Positions 56,677 to 64,000 of a DNA stretch of 64,000 nucleotides are shown here, piece after piece (position 1 is the stretch's first letter; every line of letters starts with the position of its first letter). The translations under genes and the position numbers were made by a program. Source of the DNA: Candidatus Latescibacterota bacterium (GTDB lineage Bacteria; Latescibacterota; UBA2968); contig OZ242311.1 in assembly GCA_965207885.1 (NCBI GenBank), positions 4,064,001 through 4,128,000 of the forward strand. Reading direction: 5' to 3'. The notes below the pieces were generated by a model. It searched no databases and was not told the origin of the DNA. It saw only the letters and a list, made by a program, of their open reading frames with translations.

Positions 56677-57648
56677 TCACCTATTATACGGAAAATGCCC
56701 CCCGCGCACATTGCGCCATACCGCGTCACAAGCCTCTAACACATCCTCATCCAAACGCCCATCTGCCGCCTGAATATTGTGCGCCAGGTGTTCCAACTTG
56801 CTCGCACCCAAAATCATCGAATCGACAATCGACTGAGACATCAACCATTGCAAAGACAATTCAATCATCGTCTTGCCCGCATTATGTGCAATCTGCTTCA
56901 ATTCATCAAGCGCATCAAAATTGCGATCATACCAGAACCTGCCGTAATAATCCCTATTCAAATCGAAACGCGTGCCCTCTGCCGGTTCAGTATCCCTCGT
57001 GTGCTTGCCCGTCAGCATACCCGCAGCGAGCGGATTATATACCGCCATTCCGATATTCATTTCACGACTAAACGCAACGCACTCTTCATCAATACTCCGC
57101 GTAATCAAATTATAGGGCACCTGCAACACCACGGGCGGTGCCCAATTGTTTACATCGCATTTCCAAAGCGCTTTCATCACCTGCCACGAAGCGAAATTCG
57201 ACATCCCCACATATATGACCTTCCCCTGTTGTACCAATGTGTCAAACGCCGCCATTGTCTCTTCAAGAGGCGTATTCCAATCGGGCTTGTGCAAATAGAG
57301 AATATCCAGACAATCGGTCTGCAACCGCTTCAAACACGCTTCCACTCCCCGAATCACGTGCCAGCGGTGCAAGCCCTGATCCTTAATCTCATCCTGTCCG
57401 ACAAAATTGGCGATCTTGCTCGCCAAAATCACCCGATCGCGTTTGCCCTTGAGCGCCGTACCCACAATTTCTTCGGACACGCCATTCACATAAGTATCTG
57501 CCGTATCGATAAAATTCACACCGGCATCCAGAGCCGTATCTACCATGCGAATAGACGTAGCCTCATCGGCCTGGTCGCCAAATGTCATAGCTCCCAAACA
57601 TATACGCGACACGCGAATACCCGTCCCTCTTAAAACGCGATACTCCAT
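56677..57648 (-). CDS. Aldo/keto reductase
   Basis: LGAMTFG, FIDTAD.Y, SEEIVG, LKRLQTD..D..Y.H, YNPLA.G.LTGK. Confidence 0.93.
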   Translation of the reverse strand: MEYRVLRGTGIRVSRICLGAMTFGDQADEATSIRMVDTALDAGVNFIDTADTYVNGVSEEIVGTALKGKRDRVILASKIANFVGQDEIKDQGLHRWHVIRGVEACLKRLQTDCLDILYLHKPDWNTPLEETMAAFDTLVQQGKVIYVGMSNFASWQVMKALWKCDVNNWAPPVVLQVPYNLITRSIDEECVAFSREMNIGMAVYNPLAAGMLTGKHTRDTEPAEGTRFDLNRDYYGRFWYDRNFDALDELKQIAHNAGKTMIELSLQWLMSQSIVDSMILGASKLEHLAHNIQAADGRLDEDVLEACDAVWRNVRGGHFPYNR

Positions 57649-57738
57649 CTCTCCTCCTAACTGTTGCTTGTGCAATCTTTTTTCTTATCTTTAACTATCG
57701 CTATAACATAACACCATCTCGTGACTTCGCAATATACT

Positions 57739-57912
57739 ATGGTCTGGCTCTTCATCTTTATTTTTATCGCATTTTGGGTCTATATGGGCATTGAACTCTA
57801 CCTGTATTTCCGAAAACCCAAACATACCGACAACTGGGATGAAATGTCCGAATGGGCGTGGCGGCGCACGGTGCGCAAAGCCATTGACGAGATGTTAAAA
57901 GAGAAGCGGTAG
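57739..57912 (+). CDS. Small single-TM protein
   Basis: Hydrophobic N-terminus and charged tail; co-oriented with the downstream operon. Confidence 0.45.
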   Translation: MVWLFIFIFIAFWVYMGIELYLYFRKPKHTDNWDEMSEWAWRRTVRKAIDEMLKEKR

Positions 57913-57924
57913 TCAGCAGGTTTT

Positions 57925-58866
57925 ATGAACGCATTCCAAAAAACCGCCATCACCACCCTCGTCGCGATCCTCTTGCTCATCGGCGTTGGCAGTCTCGTGC
58001 GCGTTTCAGGCGCGGGCCTGGGATGTCCAGACTGGCCCCGGTGCTGGGGCTGCTGGTTCCCGCCCTCGAGTATCGACGACATCGACCGGGCCTATCTCGC
58101 AGAACGCGGGCTAAACATCGAAGACTTCAACCCTGTCAAAATGTGGATCGAATACATCAACCGCCTCATCGGCATAATCATCGGCCTGCTGGTTATCGCC
58201 ACCTTCTTGCGCGCCATCCCATATCGAAAAACACACCCCGCCATCTTCTATGGATCGCTAATAGCCGTCTTCCTGGTTGGCTTTGAAGGCTGGCTCGGCG
58301 GTCAAGTCGTAAAATCCGGCCTCAAACCCGGCATGATCACATTGCACATGGCAGGCGCAATGGTACTCTTGTGCCTGTTGCTCTACGTCACATTTCGCGC
58401 CGTTGACATCCGCCTTCCCGCCACATTGCCCTCCCCCAAAGTGCTCGCCCATCTCTCGGCCTTGCTCTTCATCATCGTATGTATTCAAATGCTACTCGGC
58501 ACACAGGTGCGCGAAGCCATCGATCCCTACATCAAAAACAGCGCGGGCGTCTCTCGCAGTGCATGGATCGCCAATATTGGCCTTATGGATCACATCCACC
58601 GCTCTTTCACCTGGGTGGTAATTGCCGTTGCCGCTTATCTCGTCTATATCATACGCAAAAATGCAATAAGAGGCTTGCTCAAAGTGAGCAGCTACCTCGC
58701 ATTCGCACTCATTCTGTTTCAAGCAGCCAATGGCATAGCTCTGGCGTATGGCGGGCTACCCCGCGTATTTCAAGTACTCCATCTCGTGACCGCGGCCCTG
58801 CTAATCTGCGCGGTCTATGCCCTGTGGCTCACACTGAGAACCATCAACACAAGGAGGTCTTCATGA
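57925..58866 (+). CDS. ctaA: Heme A synthase (COX15/CtaA family)
   Basis: G.LVR...AGLGCPDWPRC.G, IEY.NR, WLGG.VV, H..HR, QVLHL. Confidence 0.88.
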   Translation: MNAFQKTAITTLVAILLLIGVGSLVRVSGAGLGCPDWPRCWGCWFPPSSIDDIDRAYLAERGLNIEDFNPVKMWIEYINRLIGIIIGLLVIATFLRAIPYRKTHPAIFYGSLIAVFLVGFEGWLGGQVVKSGLKPGMITLHMAGAMVLLCLLLYVTFRAVDIRLPATLPSPKVLAHLSALLFIIVCIQMLLGTQVREAIDPYIKNSAGVSRSAWIANIGLMDHIHRSFTWVVIAVAAYLVYIIRKNAIRGLLKVSSYLAFALILFQAANGIALAYGGLPRVFQVLHLVTAALLICAVYALWLTLRTINTRRSS

Positions 58867-59822
58867 AAGTTTCCGTCTGGCACCGCGAACTCTCCGATTC
58901 GTATCTGCGATTTGTCACCCAACTCGGCGCTGACGCCCTCGATTTTGGGACTGATACGGACATTCCCGGCGTTGCAGAACAGGGGTATCCCGACCTGGAC
59001 GAACTTCTAAAAGTAAAGAAAAAAATCCATTCCTGGGGCCTGTCGATCAACCGCGTCAGCCTGCCGAATATCACGGAAAAATTTATGACCGATCAACCCG
59101 GCGGCGAAAAAGAACTCGAAAATACATGTACGGCACTGCGCATACTTGCCGAAGCAGGCGTACCCATTGCACGACAGCGATTCTGGGGCGACACCTTTAA
59201 CGAACTCATGTTTCGCTACCGATCTGAACACCGCGGCGGATACCTCTCGCGAGGCGAAAGTCAGGCACTGACCAATCCCGTGCCCGAAACCCCCGATTAC
59301 GAAGCCCTGCAAGACTGGTGGAAACACTTCTGCATCGTCTATGAAAACCTCGTGCCCATAGCCGAAGAAACCGGGATTAAGCTCGCCATTCACCCGTCCG
59401 ACACCCCCAATCCGGACACCCCGTTGGGCGGCCTGGGATTTCACCGCGTCATCGACGCCTTTCCCAGCGCGCAAGTCGGCTATCTCTACTGCTGTGGCAC
59501 CCGCGCCGAAGCTGGCGGCTCACCGCTCGTCCTCGACGAAATTAACAACTACGGCCGCAAAGGTCGTATCTTCATGATACACTTCCGCAACGTGCGCGGC
59601 TCACTCGCCACGGCGCGCGGTTTTGAAGAAACTTTGCTCGATGACGGCGACATGAACATGTTTAAGCTCTTGCTGGAACTCAATCGCGTGGGCTTTGATG
59701 GCTGTCTGAATCCCGACCACATTCCTGGGCTCGAAGGCGACAACGATCCCATCACGGGCGGGCTGGCTTACTCCGTGGGCTACATCAAAGCACTATTTGC
59801 CGCCCTTGCCGCCCTGCCATAA
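58863..59822 (+). CDS. Mannonate dehydratase (UxuA)-like protein
   Basis: VPIAEE.GIKLAIHP.D, HFRNVRG, F.ET..D.GD, NPDHIP, AYSVGYIKA. Confidence 0.8.
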   Translation: MKVSVWHRELSDSYLRFVTQLGADALDFGTDTDIPGVAEQGYPDLDELLKVKKKIHSWGLSINRVSLPNITEKFMTDQPGGEKELENTCTALRILAEAGVPIARQRFWGDTFNELMFRYRSEHRGGYLSRGESQALTNPVPETPDYEALQDWWKHFCIVYENLVPIAEETGIKLAIHPSDTPNPDTPLGGLGFHRVIDAFPSAQVGYLYCCGTRAEAGGSPLVLDEINNYGRKGRIFMIHFRNVRGSLATARGFEETLLDDGDMNMFKLLLELNRVGFDGCLNPDHIPGLEGDNDPITGGLAYSVGYIKALFAALAALP

Positions 59823-59899
59823 TGCGGCGACTGCGACGCGCTCACCATCTTGACAACCCATAAGCGATTTGATATATTTGCCTTCGCACTGGATCAGGT

Positions 59900-59986
59900 G
59901 CCGAAGTGATGGAACTGGTAGACGTGCGGCGTTCAGGGCGCCGTGGGCTTAGGCCCGTGTGGGTTCGAATCCCACCTTCGGCACCA
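59900..59986 (+). tRNA. tRNA-Leu (anticodon CAG)
   Basis: GCCGAAGTGATGGAACTGGTAGACGTGCGGCGTT-CAG-GGCGCCG...GGTTCGAATCCCACCTTCGGCACCA. Confidence 0.96.
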
Positions 59987-60008
59987 TAAATTCTCACATA
60001 GAACACAG

Positions 60009-60041
60009 AAAGGGTTATGCCGCTCGGCATAACCCTTTTTT
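60009..60041 (+). terminator. Intrinsic terminator after tRNA-Leu
   Basis: AAAGGGTTATGC-CGCTCG-GCATAACCCTTT followed by a T tract. Confidence 0.75.
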
Positions 60042-60061
60042 ATACACAACGGAGCGCGAGG

Positions 60062-60949
60062 GTGATCAATTACGGCGAAGGAGTTGCACTTGGGGCGTCA
60101 TTGGTTTGGGCATCCACCAGCCTCGTCTTAAGAACGCTATCCCAGCATCAGCCATCGGCACTCATCACAGCCATCCGCTGTGGGATTTCTGGACCTTTTT
60201 TCTGGATGCTATTGCCTTTCGGTCCCCCCCTATCCACACTGATCAACGTACCGCTACACGAATGGGGCCTTTTGATCGGCTCCGTATTCATCGGCATAGT
60301 CATTGGCGATCAGCTCTATTTGCACGCCATGAAAGAAATTGGCGTATCGCGCACAATGGCTCTGGTTGGCACACTTCCAATTACCACGCTAATTTGGGAA
60401 CAATTGCTACTCGATGTACCCGTCACCCACACCTTTATTTTTGGATGCGTGTTGGCGGCATCCGGCGTTATCTTACTCTCTCAACGACCACGCAAAAAAC
60501 GCCAGGACACACAGGAACATCCCATCCGCCTCAAACGCGGGATAATCTTCGCCCTTCTTACAGCCTTGCTCTGGGGTTTGAGTACCACCATGCTCAAACC
60601 TGCAATGACCCATCTCACCAGCATTCAGGCCAACAGCGTGCGAATGCCGCTCGTAGCCATGGCATTATTTGGTATTTGGCGGCTCAATCAGGGGCGCGGC
60701 AACCTGCGCGACATCGGATGGCGGACATTTGCTCTGATTGCCCTGACCGGACTTTTGGGCATGGGCTTCGGATCATTCTTCTATGTCGAAGCCGTACTGT
60801 TTATCGGACCAGCCAAAACAGCAACACTAACAACTGCAACACCCGTCCTCGCACTCATCCTAGCCGTGATCTTTCTCAAAGAACAAATTACGCTCCGCCT
60901 CCTCACGGGGGTTGCCCTCTGCGTGGCTGGCGTTCTCCTCGTGCTTTGA
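60062..60949 (+). CDS. DMT/EamA family transporter
   Basis: About 10 TM helices in two EamA halves (IGVSRT, IGPAKT, FLKEQIT). Confidence 0.88.
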   Translation: MINYGEGVALGASLVWASTSLVLRTLSQHQPSALITAIRCGISGPFFWMLLPFGPPLSTLINVPLHEWGLLIGSVFIGIVIGDQLYLHAMKEIGVSRTMALVGTLPITTLIWEQLLLDVPVTHTFIFGCVLAASGVILLSQRPRKKRQDTQEHPIRLKRGIIFALLTALLWGLSTTMLKPAMTHLTSIQANSVRMPLVAMALFGIWRLNQGRGNLRDIGWRTFALIALTGLLGMGFGSFFYVEAVLFIGPAKTATLTTATPVLALILAVIFLKEQITLRLLTGVALCVAGVLLVL

Positions 60950-61048
60950 TCCTTGATTGCACAGTTGACAAAGTCTTAAGTACAAATTAAACTATGTCCC
61001 CTTCAGAAACCCAGTGAATATACACGACAGCTAAAAACAGGAGCAAAC

Positions 61049-61720
61049 ATGGACGGCATTCACGACATGGGCGGGATGCATGGATTTGGTCCCATAGAGC
61101 GCGAAGAAAACGAACCCTTATTTCACCACCCCTGGGAAAGCCGGGTACTCGCCATATCCGTAGCCACACCTGTGCCGATCCCCGGAGGCTCTCGCAACAA
61201 CATCGAAAACATGGATCCGGCGCACTACCTCTCGTCCAGCTATTACGAAAAATGGCTATACTCCCGTATCAAAGGACTGATCGACGCAGGCGTACTAACC
61301 CCGGAAGAGATGGAAACGCGGATGGCGCTCTTCCGCAACAATCCCAATGCCGAAACTCCTGCACACCCCGATCCCGATGCCGTCAGGGCAGAACTCAAAC
61401 GATCCCGTCCCGCTAATCCACCCAAACAAAAAATGGACATCCAGCCACAATTTTCCAATGGTGACCGCGTAAAAGCGCGCAATATCCATCCCGAAGGGCA
61501 CACCCGGCTTCCCCGATACGTACGGGGCAAATACGGCACAATCACCAATTACTACGGCATCGATAACCTCCAGGACACCGAACTGCCTGCAGGATGTAAA
61601 AATCGCCAGCAACCCTTATACGCCGTGCGCTTTGAAGCCTCGGAACTGTGGGATAGTGCCGCCGAAACAAAAAGTGCCGTCTATCTGGACATGTGGGAAA
61701 GCTATCTGGAACCCATTTAA
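61049..61720 (+). CDS. nthB: Nitrile hydratase beta subunit
   Basis: [41 protein letters not shown]...ELW, D.WESYLE. Confidence 0.95.
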   Translation: MDGIHDMGGMHGFGPIEREENEPLFHHPWESRVLAISVATPVPIPGGSRNNIENMDPAHYLSSSYYEKWLYSRIKGLIDAGVLTPEEMETRMALFRNNPNAETPAHPDPDAVRAELKRSRPANPPKQKMDIQPQFSNGDRVKARNIHPEGHTRLPRYVRGKYGTITNYYGIDNLQDTELPAGCKNRQQPLYAVRFEASELWDSAAETKSAVYLDMWESYLEPI

Positions 61721-61748
61721 CCATCCCCAGGCACAAAAGGATATTTTT

Positions 61749-62348
61749 ATGAACACAGTTACCCAAACCGAGACCGATGTAGCCCTGCGCACCAGAGCAC
61801 TCGAATCGCTCCTGATCGAAAAGGGATTGATTACAACAGAAATTATAGACGAAGTCGTGGAAAAATACGAAAAAGACGTAGGTCCCCTCAACGGTGCCAG
61901 AGTGGTTGCCCGCGCCTGGACCGATCCGGACTACAAGCGACGGCTAATAGAAGATGGCAGTTCGGCAATTGCCGAACTGGGGTTTGACAGCGCGCAGGGT
62001 GCCAAAATCGTCGTACTGGAAAACACATCAAGTGTCCACCATCTCGTCGTCTGCACCCTTTGCTCTTGTTATCCCTGGTCCGTACTCGGCTTGCCCCCGA
62101 ACTGGTATAAATCCTACGCGTACCGCTCGCGAGCCGTGCGAGAACCGAGAGCCGTCTTGCGAGAATTCGACCTCGACCTGTCCGACGCCGTAGAAATCCG
62201 CGTATGGGACAGCAACTCGGACCTCCGTTACATGGTCCTACCCGAACGTCCTACCGGCACAGAAGACTACACCGAAGAACAACTCATACCTCTTGTCACA
62301 CGCGACTCAATGATCGGCGTCGCCAAAATCGAATCGCCCTCAAAGTGA
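61749..62348 (+). CDS. nthA: Nitrile hydratase alpha subunit, cobalt-type
   Basis: [10 protein letters not shown] (Thr and Tyr indicate Co-type), [21 protein letters not shown]. Confidence 0.96.
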   Translation: MNTVTQTETDVALRTRALESLLIEKGLITTEIIDEVVEKYEKDVGPLNGARVVARAWTDPDYKRRLIEDGSSAIAELGFDSAQGAKIVVLENTSSVHHLVVCTLCSCYPWSVLGLPPNWYKSYAYRSRAVREPRAVLREFDLDLSDAVEIRVWDSNSDLRYMVLPERPTGTEDYTEEQLIPLVTRDSMIGVAKIESPSK

Positions 62349-62355
62349 AGCCGAA

Positions 62356-62712
62356 ATGACGCAAAAAACCGACAAAAATATCGCCACCATGGAAACAAAA
62401 AACGCCCTGCCCAGAGAAAATGGAGAACTCGTTTTTCAAGCACCCTGGGAAGCACGCGCTTTCGGCCTTGCCGTTGCACTCAACGAAAAAAACCTCTACG
62501 AATGGCGGGAGTTCAGTTCCCAATTGGCTTCGGAAATCGCAACAGCAGAACAAAACAACAACCCATCGAGCTACTATTTCCGATGGGTCGCATCCCTCGA
62601 AGAACTGCTCATTGATCGGGGCTTGATCAGCCGGGAACAACTGGACGCCAGAACAGCGGAATACGCCATTCACGACGATCACGATCATCACGACCATCAT
62701 CACGACCGCTAA
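62356..62712 (+). CDS. Nitrile hydratase accessory (activator/metallochaperone) protein
   Basis: PRENGELVFQAPWEARAFGLAV, YY..W...LE, His/Asp-rich tail. Confidence 0.88.
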   Translation: MTQKTDKNIATMETKNALPRENGELVFQAPWEARAFGLAVALNEKNLYEWREFSSQLASEIATAEQNNNPSSYYFRWVASLEELLIDRGLISREQLDARTAEYAIHDDHDHHDHHHDR

Positions 62713-62733
62713 AATTTACAACCAGCAAACCAG

Positions 62734-62767
62734 AAAGGGTTACGCCATCTCGACGTAACCCTTTTTT
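62734..62767 (+). terminator. Intrinsic terminator after the NHase operon
   Basis: AAAGGGTTACG-CCATCTCGA-CGTAACCCTTT followed by a T tract; near copy of the 60009 hairpin. Confidence 0.75.
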
Positions 62768-62888
62768 ACTATTAACTTTACTGGCGTTGTGCCCAGCGTA
62801 TGCCTATGCTGTGAGCCTTCTCAAATTACGCGCTCTTCTTTTGATTTTTCCATCTGCGTTCATCTGCGTTCATCTGTGGATGCTTTTT

Positions 62889-64000
62889 TCAACGCTCTCG
62901 CCCAGACACAAACAAATCGTAAGAATTTGACTGCCAGCCGCCATCATTTACAATCCCATCGTTGGTATCTCTCAGCCATTCGACCATGCGATCCTTCATG
63001 CGTCTGAGCACATGTTTGTACCCCAGCTTAGGCGCCAAATTGTGCAACTCCCCGGGATCACTCTCCAGGTCGTAGAGTTCATCCTCACTACACGGATTGT
63101 AGATATACTTCCACTTTCTGGTCTGCACCATCCGAATCGTACACAGCGCAGGCTCGTACCCGTGATGCTCTGCAAAAATATCCTCTCGCCAATCCGACGG
63201 TGTCTCCCCGCGCAGCAAGGGCAATAAAGAACACCCATCGACCTTATCGGGAATATCCACGCCCGCTATCTCGAGAAACGTCGGCATCATATCGACCAAA
63301 CTCACAAAATCATCGCAAACATGATTGGGTTCAACAACACCCGGCCAACGGATCGCCAATGGAATCTGGTGCGTCTCGTTGTACATATTCATCATCTTAT
63401 TAAACAAACGGTGACTGCCCAGCATATCGCCGTGATCCGAACTGTACACAATCATCGTATTGTCCAGCTGCCCCACGCGTTCCAAAGCATGCAGAACGCG
63501 CTGCACCTGATCATCGATAAACGTACAGTATCCCCAATAGGTCGCGATCACCTTCTGCCAATCTTGCCAGGTCAAATGGCTGGCATTCCACCTGAGCATC
63601 TCCTTTTGTTGGACACTCGGTTTATCGACAAACTGCTCGTCAAAATTGATCCAGCGCGCCACAGTATCGGGATCGTACATGGTATCATACGGTTCCGGCA
63701 CACAATAGGGAAAATGTGGACCAAAAAAACTGCTACAAATCATAAAGGGTTTATCGCCCCCACAAAATCCCTCAATCAGATCAATCGTCCTATCAGCAGT
63801 CCAGTGCTCCTGCATATACTCGGCGGGCAACTGCGACCGACCGCAAAAAGGCGCGTCACCCCCCCATTCCATGCGCTGAACCTCCTGAGCATATCCCCAA
63901 TCAAAACCCGCATCGCGCACACTCTGGTTCCAATCGCGCGTCCTATGCCACGGATCAAACCCCCAAAACTCGCTATCGCCCTCCCTGGGCAAATGCCACT
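62889..64000 (-). CDS. Sulfatase family protein, 5'-truncated by window edge
   Basis: WHL at the edge (end of GKWHL), GPHFPY, YSSDHGDMLGSH, ELYDLESDPGEL.NL. Confidence 0.9.
   Translation of the reverse strand, partial: WHLPREGDSEFWGFDPWHRTRDWNQSVRDAGFDWGYAQEVQRMEWGGDAPFCGRSQLPAEYMQEHWTADRTIDLIEGFCGGDKPFMICSSFFGPHFPYCVPEPYDTMYDPDTVARWINFDEQFVDKPSVQQKEMLRWNASHLTWQDWQKVIATYWGYCTFIDDQVQRVLHALERVGQLDNTMIVYSSDHGDMLGSHRLFNKMMNMYNETHQIPLAIRWPGVVEPNHVCDDFVSLVDMMPTFLEIAGVDIPDKVDGCSLLPLLRGETPSDWREDIFAEHHGYEPALCTIRMVQTRKWKYIYNPCSEDELYDLESDPGELHNLAPKLGYKHVLRRMKDRMVEWLRDTNDGIVNDGGWQSNSYDLFVSGRER

Noticed and set aside
43818-57633. Long + strand ORFs (e.g. 45905-47281, 47441-48322, 56779-57633)
   Set aside because: Shadow frames antisense to well-supported - strand genes; no motifs.
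62851-62878. CATCTGCGTT short tandem repeat (related to 1883-1900)
   Set aside because: Short, low-copy intergenic repeat; no evidence of a specific function.

Overview
Bacterial genomic window. The C-terminal dockerin/EF-hand-like 'PDFDGNG...F.DFL.F' domains, near-perfect WD40 repeats, PhyH dioxygenases, sulfatase and DUF1592 protein suggest a Gemmatimonadota/Latescibacterota-like organism, possibly a sponge symbiont (inference only). 1-14.3 kb: 2-oxoacid/acetoin dehydrogenase E1 alpha and beta, a sigma-54 activator with a sigma-54 promoter and desaturase operon just downstream, and secreted repeat proteins. 14.6-31.5 kb: a CRISPR-Cas locus with the order cas6 - CRISPR-associated primase-polymerase (CAPP) - cas1 - cas2 - leader - 3-repeat array - group II intron-type reverse transcriptase (RT + domain X + HNH, with no visible intron ribozyme) - CARF-HEPN - cold-shock-domain/Cas7 - Card1-like CARF - cas10 - cas7-cas5-cas11 fusion - double cas7 - csx19 (type III-D/III-Dv-like). 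The most notable observations are two different polymerases flanking the adaptation module, an RT start only 21 nt after the last repeat, and two spacers that begin with the same 9 nt (TTAATATAC). 33-38 kb: a patchwork accessory/defence region (AAA ATPase-nuclease, MNT-HEPN, HNH, gene fragments) ending at tRNA-Leu. 38-64 kb: metabolic genes, tRNA-Cys, a (TTCGTCTA)x23 tandem repeat, a MoxR/DUF58/VWA/DUF4159 operon, heme A synthase, tRNA-Leu(CAG), a cobalt-type nitrile hydratase operon and a partial sulfatase. All calls come from motifs read by eye; no searches were run.
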